Shown: piece after piece, positions 1 through 8,618 of the stretch | Position numbering within the stretch: position 1 is the first letter of the stretch | Layout: each line of letters opens with the position of its first letter | Assembly (NCBI GenBank): GCA_039000985.1 | Contig: JAWBMD010000014.1 | Location: 1-24,702, forward strand | DNA length: 24,702 bases | Reading direction: 5' to 3' | Source of the DNA: Candidatus Aenigmatarchaeota archaeon | Lineage (GTDB): Archaea > Aenigmatarchaeota > Aenigmatarchaeia > CG10238-14 > SpSt-28 | The notes under the pieces: generated by a model | Told to the model about the DNA's origin: nothing | Databases searched by the model: none | Seen by the model: only the letters and a program-made list of their open reading frames with translations | Translations under genes and position numbers: made by a program

Positions 1-1
1 T

Positions 2-1738
2 ATCTAATCCAAGATTAATTATTTCATGTATCTCATTCTCAAAAAGAATATCAGACATACTCTTACCAACTTTCTCAAGCATTTTTATTAATCTAATCAC
101 TTTCGAGCTATCTTTTAAGTCCTGAGCAGCCCTGCCTAATTGATAAGCAATTTCTTTAGCAGCTTCACCTTCATATTTTCTAATAGTTTTAATCATTTCA
201 ATAATAGCATCTCCACTTTCCTCATATTTCAATCTATCAGCAGTTTCACCTAAGTAACGAGCAATTTCTTTAGCAATATCACCGCCATACTTTCCAACAG
301 TTTTGATTACTTCGATAATAGTATCTTCATTTCTTAAATAATAAGCTATCCTACATAAGCTATCGGTAATTCCTCTAACAACATTTTTATCATATTTTTT
401 AACAATATTAATAACTTCATCTGATGAAAATATTTTACTTACTCTAATAACATTATCTTTATAATATTTAAAAAAGGGATCATTACAAGCCAACCAAGAA
501 GCAATTATTTCAGCAATAGGACTATCATATTTTCTAATGGTTTCACATGCTTTAGTAATAATATCCTTATCCTCCGAATAACGAGCAACATTATATAAGC
601 TGAAAATAAGTTCAGCTACTCCACTATCATCATATTTTCTAATAGTTCTGCTAATCTCAATAATAGCATCTTTATTTTTAAACTCAAAAACAGTATAAGC
701 TAACCAATATACAATCCATTGAGCGGTATCACCTCTGTATTTTTTAATAGTATTAACAACTTCATCCGATGAAAATATTTCACTTATTTCAATAACAGCA
801 TTTTTATCTTTTAACTTTTCAGCAGCAACACTTAACCAAATGGCAACCTCACAAGCAACAGCACCGTCATATTTTCTAATAGTTCTGCTCGTTTCAACAA
901 CAGCATTCCTATCTTTTAATTCATAAGTAATCCTATATAAGCAACAAGTAATATTATTGGCTACTTGACCATTGTATTTTCCAATAGTTCTAATAACCTC
1001 GATAACAGCATTTTCCTCTCTTAAATGATAAGCTATCTGACCTAAGAAATAGGCAATATCCCAACTTATGTAAATATCTTCATTATATTTTTTAACGGTA
1101 TTGACAACTTCATCGAGTGCGAGTATTTCACTTATCTTGATAATAGCATTTCTATCATCTTTTAAGCTATATATAGTCTCGGCCAAGGAAAGAGCAATTG
1201 CTTTAGCAGCATAACTATCATATTTTTTAACGGTATTGACAATTTCATCTAATGCAAGCATTTCACTCATCTCAATAACAAGAGCTTTATTTTTTGACTC
1301 AGCAATCTCCTTTAACCAACAAGCAATTCTCTCAGCAGCAAAATTATCATATTTTCTAATGGTTTTACTTAATTCAATAAAAACATCCTTATCTTCCAAA
1401 TAATAAGCAAGTATATATAGATGATTTGCAATCTCTTTAGCAACATCACCGTTGTGCTTTCCGATAGTTCTGCTCATCTCAATAATAGCATATTTATTTT
1501 TTAATAGAAGAGCAGTACTACCTAAATAATAAGCAATCTTCGCGGCATCAATATCTTTATATTTTTTAATAGTCTCTATTACTTCTTTATCAGCTAATAT
1601 TTCAAGTGTATTTTTGTCTTTTATAATAGGCTCACCGCATATACTATAATATTTACCTAATAAATCTTCCAAAAATTCCTTTATTTCAAATAAATTCTCG
1701 ACTTCAACTTTTAAATTTTCTTCGTTAAATTCATTCAT
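2..1738 (-). CDS. Large alpha-helical tandem-repeat protein, 3' partial (at least 579 aa, runs off the left edge); function unknown
   Basis: Hand translation from ATG at 1738 (MNEFNEENLKVEVENLFEIKEFLEDLL...) is stop-free to position 2. It contains 13 units of 35-45 aa starting T(I/V)xKY. Absent from the ORF track, presumably because no stop lies in the window. Confidence 0.9.
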   Translation of the reverse strand, partial: MNEFNEENLKVEVENLFEIKEFLEDLLGKYYSICGEPIIKDKNTLEILADKEVIETIKKYKDIDAAKIAYYLGSTALLLKNKYAIIEMSRTIGKHNGDVAKEIANHLYILAYYLEDKDVFIELSKTIRKYDNFAAERIACWLKEIAESKNKALVIEMSEMLALDEIVNTVKKYDSYAAKAIALSLAETIYSLKDDRNAIIKISEILALDEVVNTVKKYNEDIYISWDIAYFLGQIAYHLREENAVIEVIRTIGKYNGQVANNITCCLYRITYELKDRNAVVETSRTIRKYDGAVACEVAIWLSVAAEKLKDKNAVIEISEIFSSDEVVNTIKKYRGDTAQWIVYWLAYTVFEFKNKDAIIEISRTIRKYDDSGVAELIFSLYNVARYSEDKDIITKACETIRKYDSPIAEIIASWLACNDPFFKYYKDNVIRVSKIFSSDEVINIVKKYDKNVVRGITDSLCRIAYYLRNEDTIIEVIKTVGKYGGDIAKEIARYLGETADRLKYEESGDAIIEMIKTIRKYEGEAAKEIAYQLGRAAQDLKDSSKVIRLIKMLEKVGKSMSDILFENEIHEIINLGLD

Positions 1739-2193
1739 ACATTAAAATTTATTTAGATGGAGCATTTAAGTGCTTCGTTATTGAAACCCTATAAAAAAGC
1801 ATTTGATTTTAAAATAAGAAATATTATAGTTTTATAACATATTCATTTACTCTTTTCTCAGATTCAAGATAGGCTTCTGTTCTGTATTTAATTTCATCTT
1901 CAATTATTATTAAATATTTAAATTTTGACTTGACCCTTACACAATAGTAATAATTCCACGATTAAAACAATCACTTTACGATATCTATAAACTAAAACCT
2001 TCATAGCTACTCTAACCTAAGATTGTTAAAGAAAAACTTCATCTATGGCTTTTTGATTTCTCTTTCAAAATTATTTTAAAGTCCAAGTATGTATAGTAAG
2101 AAGCTTCACTTTTTATTCTTGACTCGGCCTATTAATTTATCTAGCTTTAAAAAATATAAATACTGTCAATACATAATTTATAATTTATAAGAA

Positions 2194-2568
2194 ATGTTTG
2201 GACCACACTTAACAATAGACCTTTATGGCTGCAATGAAAGGAAAATATGTAATAAAAAATTCATATACAATGTATTAAACGAGTTGCCAGATATTATAGG
2301 AATGCATAAAATTTCAAAACCATATATAAAAGTTTATTCTGGGAAAAAAGGCTCTTTTGATAAAGGAGGTATATCTTCATTTATTTTAATTGCTGAAAGT
2401 CATATAAGCATACATACTTTTAAAGAATATAGTTTTGCATCTGTTGACATTTTTTCCTGTAAAGAATTCGAAGTTGAGAAAGCAGAAGAATATTTAGTAA
2501 AAAAATTTGAAGCAAAAAAAGTTGAACGAAATTTTATAGTTAGAGGTAAAGAATTTAAAAAGCTTTAG
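2194..2568 (+). CDS. speD: S-adenosylmethionine decarboxylase proenzyme (pyruvoyl-dependent, class 1B; arginine decarboxylase paralogue not excluded)
   Basis: G.HL..DLYGC N-terminus, AE/SHISIHT autocleavage motif, VDIFSC, final RG motif; 124 aa. Confidence 0.9.
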   Translation: MFGPHLTIDLYGCNERKICNKKFIYNVLNELPDIIGMHKISKPYIKVYSGKKGSFDKGGISSFILIAESHISIHTFKEYSFASVDIFSCKEFEVEKAEEYLVKKFEAKKVERNFIVRGKEFKKL

Positions 2569-3095
2569 AAACCAAACTTTCTAATGTAAATATAAAAAAA
2601 GAAAACAACAAAAAATATCATCATTTCCCTCCATAATAATGTATGAAAAATATTAAAAACTTCTAAACCAAAAAGTAAAGTAGCTTGTATTGTTGTTATT
2701 ATTCTAAAAAAATTTATTAAAAAAATTGCAACTAAAACCAAAAACAAAAATTTCAATTCCTTTCTTTTAAATTTAAAACTAAATTTATTTCTTACAAAAT
2801 TTGCAGATAAAATAAGAGAAAATAAAGCATAAAGACTTTTCCAGCCCGTAGAGTCTGTCGATATTTCAGCAACCAAATTTTTATCTTTAAATTCAACTGA
2901 AGCTTCCTCTTTTAGCCACTCTACATTATTCCACATTAACCTAAAAAATTGATATGCTAAATATGAAATTGGAATTTTTAAAAAGTTTATTTCAATCTCA
3001 AAATATAAAACAACATACATTAAAATGGACATTAAGTTGAAAACTATTAAAAATGCTATTATTTTTTTCAAAGTTTTAATTTTCCTTTTCTCCAT
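2565..3095 (-). CDS. Exosortase/archaeosortase-family membrane protein, with Ser at the expected catalytic Cys
   Basis: Multi-TM; EISTDSTGWKS matches the I..xC(T/S)G motif; INFFRI supplies the conserved Arg and FH the His; 176 aa. Confidence 0.7.
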   Translation of the reverse strand: MEKRKIKTLKKIIAFLIVFNLMSILMYVVLYFEIEINFLKIPISYLAYQFFRLMWNNVEWLKEEASVEFKDKNLVAEISTDSTGWKSLYALFSLILSANFVRNKFSFKFKRKELKFLFLVLVAIFLINFFRIITTIQATLLFGLEVFNIFHTLLWREMMIFFVVFFFYIYIRKFGF

Positions 3096-3549
3096 AATTA
3101 ATTAAAAACTTGATTTCTTTTATATTCTTATTAGTTTTGAAAAATAGCTCCAAAGCTTTTTCATAATCTTTACCAAATTCATTCATTAACTTATCAATAA
3201 TCTTTCTATAACTTTTAAAAGCTCTTAGGGATGCTGCTAATGCATCCTTTTGATGAATATCTTCATAGTAAAAATCTTTTGTTAATTTTGATTTCTCTTT
3301 TTTAGTTAATGGTTTATCTGGAAAAAATACTTTTGCGCCAAAAGAAGCTGCTATTTTCTTAATTTTTCTTGAATAAACAATATCTGAAGAAATTAGTAAA
3401 GGCTTTCCAAAATCATAAATATACTTTACTAAATCGTTAAAATTCACATATTTTAAAGTTGATAAATGTATTAAGTTTCCTTTAAAATCCAAAATCGATA
3501 TTCCTGTATTTTTACCCAAATCAATCCCCACTATTAATAACTTTTTCAT
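3076..3549 (-). CDS. DUF460-domain protein (RNase H-like fold), short form
   Basis: IVGIDLGKNTGISILDFKG, KPLLISSD and HQKDALAAS motifs. Confidence 0.8.
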   Translation of the reverse strand: MKKLLIVGIDLGKNTGISILDFKGNLIHLSTLKYVNFNDLVKYIYDFGKPLLISSDIVYSRKIKKIAASFGAKVFFPDKPLTKKEKSKLTKDFYYEDIHQKDALAASLRAFKSYRKIIDKLMNEFGKDYEKALELFFKTNKNIKEIKFLINYGEKEN

Positions 3550-4183
3550 CTTTTAATATTTCGAAAAATTTCTTAGATCTTTTTTTACCAATTACTTTAG
3601 AGAGTTCCAAATAATTTGAAGTAAAAATTCTATACAAGCTTTTAAAATTTTTTATAAGTTTTTCAGCATTTTTTTCAGAAATTCCTGGAAAGCTTGAAAG
3701 TATGAATTTTTTTATTTCCAAAATATCCTTTGGTTTTTTACCAACATATAACAAAGATAAATTTTTGTTTTCCTCATCCTCAATTACTTTTAACCATTTT
3801 ATTATTTTTGATGTTTCATACATATTTCTAGAAAATATTATTGAAATGTTGAAAGTAGAAATTAATTTAGCTAAAGAAGAATATATGAAATTTTCATTAA
3901 CATCTCTTTCCAATTTACCAAACAACTCAACTATTATTATAGGCTTTCTAAAATTTTTTGATAAATTTTCACATTGAGTAAAAATTCTTTTGTCTATTAA
4001 TGAGCTTACAAAATCAGAATAACTCTTTCTTTCTATGCAAATGTCTTTTGATAAAATGAAATCGCCAACATCCAAATTTTCTTTTATTATTTTAAAACCA
4101 CTTTTTTCAAGAATATAAGAAATTTCCTCCTCTCTATAATCACAAATTATAACATTTTTACTTGTTAAAAACTTCTGCTCCAT
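3521..4183 (-). CDS. xpf: ERCC4/XPF-type structure-specific endonuclease (nuclease + HhH, no helicase domain)
   Basis: CDYRE, GDF, IERKSYSDF..S motif, C-terminal HhH (FPGISEKNA; VIGKKRS). Confidence 0.88.
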   Translation of the reverse strand: MEQKFLTSKNVIICDYREEEISYILEKSGFKIIKENLDVGDFILSKDICIERKSYSDFVSSLIDKRIFTQCENLSKNFRKPIIIVELFGKLERDVNENFIYSSLAKLISTFNISIIFSRNMYETSKIIKWLKVIEDEENKNLSLLYVGKKPKDILEIKKFILSSFPGISEKNAEKLIKNFKSLYRIFTSNYLELSKVIGKKRSKKFFEILKDEKVINSGD

Positions 4184-4601
4184 TCAAGACTTTTCCAAAT
4201 ACTGGATAATTCTCTAAAATGTTTACACTATCGACCTCAATACTACCTATCCAAACACATTCTAAACATAAAATAGCTTCCTTTATTCTTGGTACTTTTA
4301 CTTTTGAGCTTTTTTCCTCGGTTAAACCTATTTCTTTAATCTCATTTATACCCCTAACATATTCTTTTTGGCACTTTTCCATTATGCTTTTATAGTTTTC
4401 TCCCATCATATTCAAAACAAACTCTTTTGTTTTTGTTATATTGTAATAGCATCTTGAATTAGCTTTAATAGAAACTATAATTATGAATGGTTCTTTGGTA
4501 AGCAATAAAAAATTGTTTGTTGGATAAATATCTACACCACCCAAAGGATCTCTAGTTGTTATTAAAATTGGAATTTGTGGTAATATTTTATCAATCTCCA
4601 T
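4158..4601 (-). CDS. Flavin reductase-like FMN-binding split-barrel protein, possibly C-terminally shortened
   Basis: PILITT, NI..TKEFVLN, NE....GLT...S.KVKVPRIKEA..CLEC pattern. Confidence 0.8.
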   Translation of the reverse strand: MEIDKILPQIPILITTRDPLGGVDIYPTNNFLLLTKEPFIIIVSIKANSRCYYNITKTKEFVLNMMGENYKSIMEKCQKEYVRGINEIKEIGLTEEKSSKVKVPRIKEAILCLECVWIGSIEVDSVNILENYPVFGKVLNGAEVFNK

Positions 4602-4615
4602 AAATAAAATTAATT

Positions 4616-5341
4616 ATGAATTATATTTGTTTAATTGGAAAAGATGGATACTTTGTAATAAAAGCTAATGAAAACTTTAATTCCCACTTGGGTTACATAC
4701 CAAAAAATAAAATAAAAATTGGTAGAAAAGTTAAAACTCATTTAGGTTATGAATTTTTTGTCGTTGAAGCTACTTTAAAAGATTTGATGGAAAAAGTATT
4801 GAATAGAATGCCTCAAATAATAACATTAAAAGATTTATCAATTTTACTATCTTATACTACATTAAAACAAGGTTGTAAAATTGTAGATGCCGGTACTGGC
4901 TCTGGCTTTTCTTCTATATTTTTTGCATATTATTTAAAACCATGCAAGATATATAGCTATGAAATTGAAAATAAATTTATAAAAGTGGCAAAGGAAAACA
5001 TAAAAATTTGCAATTTGCAAAAGTACATAAAAATAAAAAAGAAAGATATTACAAAAAAAATTGATGAAAAAAATCTTGATTTAGTTCATTTAGACATGGA
5101 AAATAGTGAAAAGGTTATTAAGCATGCATACAAAAGTTTAAAAGTGGGCGGCTATTTAGCAATTTTTTCCCCAATAATAGAGCAAGTGATAAGAATTAGA
5201 AAAGAAATACAAAAATATAACTTTAAAAATATAACAACTATCGAAAACATAGTAAGAGAATGGCAATATGAAAAATATTTAAGACCAAAAACTACAGGAA
5301 TACTCCATACTGGTTTTTATACAATAGCTAGAAAATGTTGA
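4616..5341 (+). CDS. trmI: tRNA (adenine-N1, A57/A58) methyltransferase
   Basis: RMPQIITLKD, DAGTGSG, SYE, LD motif, REW and HTGF motifs. Confidence 0.92.
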   Translation: MNYICLIGKDGYFVIKANENFNSHLGYIPKNKIKIGRKVKTHLGYEFFVVEATLKDLMEKVLNRMPQIITLKDLSILLSYTTLKQGCKIVDAGTGSGFSSIFFAYYLKPCKIYSYEIENKFIKVAKENIKICNLQKYIKIKKKDITKKIDEKNLDLVHLDMENSEKVIKHAYKSLKVGGYLAIFSPIIEQVIRIRKEIQKYNFKNITTIENIVREWQYEKYLRPKTTGILHTGFYTIARKC

Positions 5342-6012
5342 AAGGATTTTTACTTTCGATTTTTATTCTTTCATTTTTCTTCATATTTTCCATAGCTATT
5401 GTTGAAAAAGCTTTGAGTGATGAATTTTTATCAAAAACCTTATTCAATCTAGTTTATTCAGAATTTGAAAAAAATTTAAAAGAACAAAATATTAGCAAAG
5501 AAGAATTTAAAAATATTGTATGTTCTTATTTAAACAAAATAGAAATTAACACTTCTTTTGCAAACGTTACCATAAAATGTGAGGAATTCAAAAATTTTGA
5601 AGAATTTATAAGCTTGCTTGTTAATAAATCGATTTCACAAGTTAAATCAATTAAACCCAAATGTGAAGGATTAATGGAATGCATAAAGAAAAAAGAATTC
5701 ACATTTTTGTTTCAAATACAATGGAATAAATTAAAAATTTATGCAACTATTATTTCATTAGTTTCTTTAATTTCTTTCATAGTTTTGTCTAGAGATGTAA
5801 AAGAAATTACGAGAAAGATTGGAATAGCCCTATTAGTAAATTCTTTAACAATTCTAATACCAATTTACTTACTTGAAATGGATATAATAGATTTTAAGTT
5901 ACCAATAGATATTTCTGAAATCCTAATGTATACAAAAAGCATTTTTATGCCAATTCTTATATTTGGATTAGCTTTAATTACGATTAGCTTTATATTTAAA
6001 AAAAGAAAATAA
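5335..6012 (+). CDS. Hypothetical membrane protein (N-terminal TM, Cys-containing soluble region, 3 C-terminal TMs)
   Basis: Hydrophobicity pattern; overlaps trmI and ends 4 bp before the next gene. Confidence 0.7.
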   Translation: MLKGFLLSIFILSFFFIFSIAIVEKALSDEFLSKTLFNLVYSEFEKNLKEQNISKEEFKNIVCSYLNKIEINTSFANVTIKCEEFKNFEEFISLLVNKSISQVKSIKPKCEGLMECIKKKEFTFLFQIQWNKLKIYATIISLVSLISFIVLSRDVKEITRKIGIALLVNSLTILIPIYLLEMDIIDFKLPIDISEILMYTKSIFMPILIFGLALITISFIFKKRK

Positions 6013-6016
6013 AATT

Positions 6017-6715
6017 ATGAAAAGAGTTAGCAGTGGTATTCCTGGTTTAGATGAAATAACTGAAGGTGGATTTGTAGAAGGTTCTAATGTACTTTTAGCT
6101 GGACAAAGCGGTACAGGAAAAACAATATTTTCATGTCAATTTCTATTAGAAGGTGCTAGAAAGGGGGAAAATGGTTTATATATAACGTTGGAAGAATCTC
6201 CAGAAGATATAATTGAAGATATGCAAAGATTTAGTTGGGGTAAAGAATTCAAAAACTTTGTTGAAAACAAAACAATAAAACTGGAATATTTAATGAGCTC
6301 AAACATAAAAGAATTAATAAACTTCATTAAAAGTAGCTTAGAAAAAAGTAACATAAAAAGATTTGTCCTAGATAATTTATCTGTAGCTATGATGGGATGG
6401 GTTGAATCTTCTTTAGAACTTGGAAAAATTAGAGTAGAGGTATTTAATCTATTAAGAATGTTAAAAAGCAAAAAAATAACGAGCTTAATATTAGTTGAAG
6501 TTCCAGAAGAAAGAACAAGAGCTATTAGCAGATTTGGTTTTGAGGAATTTATAGCTGATGCTGTTATAATACTTAACTATTTAGAATTTGGAACTGGAAC
6601 ATCTGTTAGAAGCTTGTTAATAAGAAAAATGAGAAGAACAAAACATGCTGTAGATATATTTCCATTTTCAATAACAGATGATGGAATAAAAATAACATAT
6701 TCAAAAACTTTATGA
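6017..6715 (+). CDS. Single-domain KaiC/RAD55-like RecA-superfamily ATPase
   Basis: SSGIPGLDE..GG, Walker A GQSGTGKT, YITLEE, EFIADAVI.L, KMRRTKH. Confidence 0.9.
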   Translation: MKRVSSGIPGLDEITEGGFVEGSNVLLAGQSGTGKTIFSCQFLLEGARKGENGLYITLEESPEDIIEDMQRFSWGKEFKNFVENKTIKLEYLMSSNIKELINFIKSSLEKSNIKRFVLDNLSVAMMGWVESSLELGKIRVEVFNLLRMLKSKKITSLILVEVPEERTRAISRFGFEEFIADAVIILNYLEFGTGTSVRSLLIRKMRRTKHAVDIFPFSITDDGIKITYSKTL

Positions 6716-7296
6716 TAAATGAAGCTAGGTTAGCATTACTTTTAGGATTAGTAAAAGAACATCCTTCTCCGAATTATTTTTTACAACAATACATGATTCC
6801 ACCAGGAATAGCATCAAAAATACTTTCTGAAGCTAGAAAAGATGTTGTGGGAAAAATTGTTTTTGATTTGGGATGTGGTACTGGAAGATTTACAATAGGA
6901 GCTGCACTAATAGGAGCAAAATTAGCTAAGGGATTTGATATTGATAAGTATGTTTTAGAATTAGCAAAAGAAAGTGCTAAAATTATAGAAAGCAAAGTCG
7001 GAATTTTTATAACAAATATTTGTAAATTTGAGTTAGCAAATGCATTAGAAATTAAAGAAAAATGTGATACTGTAATTCAATTTCCCCCTTTAGATTATAG
7101 TTTAGAATTTTTTAAGAAAGCAATTGAAATTAGCAATGTTGTATATAGTGTTCATGTAAATAGCAAAAGAATTTTAGAAAAATTGAATGAAGTTGGAAAA
7201 GTTAAAGTTGTTGATAGATTTAATTATCCATTAGTTAGCGAAGAAGATGGTGTTATAAATAGAGGGATTATTTTAGTGAAATGGAGTAAAAGCTAA
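6712..7296 (+). CDS. METTL5-like SAM-dependent methyltransferase homologue with a degenerate catalytic motif
   Basis: LQQY.IP (LEQYxTP-like), DLGCGTG SAM motif, VIQFPP in place of xNPPF, VVYSVH. Confidence 0.72.
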   Translation: MINEARLALLLGLVKEHPSPNYFLQQYMIPPGIASKILSEARKDVVGKIVFDLGCGTGRFTIGAALIGAKLAKGFDIDKYVLELAKESAKIIESKVGIFITNICKFELANALEIKEKCDTVIQFPPLDYSLEFFKKAIEISNVVYSVHVNSKRILEKLNEVGKVKVVDRFNYPLVSEEDGVINRGIILVKWSKS

Positions 7297-7303
7297 AAGT
7301 TTT

Positions 7304-7459
7304 TTATTTAATAAACAAGCTAAGAATACTGTAAATTCCTTTTAACAAAATCAAAATACCTAAAAGTTTTCCATAAAATCCAAAAGCTATATTGGAAGTT
7401 AAAATAATAACCAATCCAGCTAAAATATCAATAAATGAAAACAAATAAAAGATTATCAT
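7304..7459 (-). CDS. Small 51-aa two-TM membrane protein (not in ORF track)
   Basis: ATG overlaps the argF stop (ATGA). Hand translation MIIFYLFSFIDILAGLVIILTSNIAFGFYGKLLGILILLKGIYSILSLFIK*; it fills the gap between convergent genes. Confidence 0.75.
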   Translation of the reverse strand: MIIFYLFSFIDILAGLVIILTSNIAFGFYGKLLGILILLKGIYSILSLFIK

Positions 7460-8340
7460 TTAAAAATATGAATTAATAAAGCCATGCTTGTCCATAATCT
7501 ATTTTCAGCTTGATCAAAAACAACAGAATTCTTAGAATCTATTACATTATTTACAACTTCTTCACCTCTATGAGCTGGTAAGCAATGCATGAATATATAA
7601 TTTCTTTTAGCTAATGAAACAAGTTTTTCATTAACTTGATAGTTCCTAAAAATCTTTAACCTTTCTTCTCTTTCTTTTTCCATACCCATGCTAACCCAAA
7701 CATCTGTATATATAACATCAGCATTTTTAACAGCTTCTTCAACATTTTCTGTAGCAAAAACTAAATCATTTATTAAAAACTCTTTCTCTGGCAAATAAGC
7801 TTTTGGACTAGCTACATAAATTTTTAATCCAAGCTTTACACAAGATAAAATTAAACTGTGACAAACATTATTTCTTCCATCTCCCACATAAACAATTTTT
7901 TCAATATTTTTTAAACCAATTTTTTCATCCATTGTTAAAATATCTGCCAAAGCTTGTAACGGATGTTCATAATCACTAAGCAAATTAATAATTGGAATTT
8001 TGGAAATATTTGCCATTTTTATTAAATCGCTATGGTAAAAAACTCTTGCAGCAACTAAATCAACATATCTTTCTAAAGTTCTAATTGTATCTTCTATTGT
8101 TTCACCTCTAGCCAATTGCAAATCATTTGTATTTAAAACTATTGCATTTCCGCAAAGTTTTTCAACAGCTACTTCAAAAGAAACTCTTGTTCTAGTGCTT
8201 GGTTTTTGAAATATTAGAGCTATGTTTTTTCCTTTTAATGTTTGCGGATATTTTTTAGATTTTTTTAGCTTCTTCGCAGTTTTAATAATACTTAAAAAAT
8301 CTTTTTTGCTAATATCATTAACAGATAAAACGCTTTTCAT
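7456..8340 (-). CDS. argF: Ornithine carbamoyltransferase
   Basis: STRTR, HPLQ.LAD, YTDVWVSMG, HCLPA, QAENR motifs. Confidence 0.97.
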   Translation of the reverse strand: MKSVLSVNDISKKDFLSIIKTAKKLKKSKKYPQTLKGKNIALIFQKPSTRTRVSFEVAVEKLCGNAIVLNTNDLQLARGETIEDTIRTLERYVDLVAARVFYHSDLIKMANISKIPIINLLSDYEHPLQALADILTMDEKIGLKNIEKIVYVGDGRNNVCHSLILSCVKLGLKIYVASPKAYLPEKEFLINDLVFATENVEEAVKNADVIYTDVWVSMGMEKEREERLKIFRNYQVNEKLVSLAKRNYIFMHCLPAHRGEEVVNNVIDSKNSVVFDQAENRLWTSMALLIHIFK

Positions 8341-8618
8341 TTTACATCAATATTTTCTTCAGAATATCCTAACTCAATTAAAATTTTCTTTATTCTATCC
8401 TTATGATTTCCTTGCAATTCTATTCTTTTATTTTTTATAGTTCCCCCACAAGCTAATTTTCTTTTTAAAGTTCCTATAATCTCTTCTCCATTGTCAATCC
8501 CATTTATAACAGTAACAACCTTTCCATAACTTCTTGGCTCTACTCTAACTTCTATCTTCTCTAAAGATTTACATGTACAAATATCTAAAGGTAAACCACA
8601 ACGTGGACAATTAGGCAT
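8337..8618 (-). CDS. sui1: Translation initiation factor aIF1/SUI1
   Basis: CPRCGLP.DIC.C, GKVVTVI, LK.KLACGGT, IELQGNH; follows uL29. Confidence 0.95.
   Translation of the reverse strand: MPNCPRCGLPLDICTCKSLEKIEVRVEPRSYGKVVTVINGIDNGEEIIGTLKRKLACGGTIKNKRIELQGNHKDRIKKILIELGYSEENIDVK

Noticed and set aside
2..1738. Calling the 35-aa repeat protein a PPR or TALE-like nucleic-acid reader
   Set aside because: Only the unit length fits. The consensus differs, unit length varies from 35 to 45 aa, and variation covers many positions rather than a two-residue code
6017..6715. Circadian KaiC or RadA/RadB recombinase
   Set aside because: Single domain, no kaiA/kaiB nearby, and no RadA N-terminal domain; the motifs fit the generic archaeal KaiC/RAD55-like family
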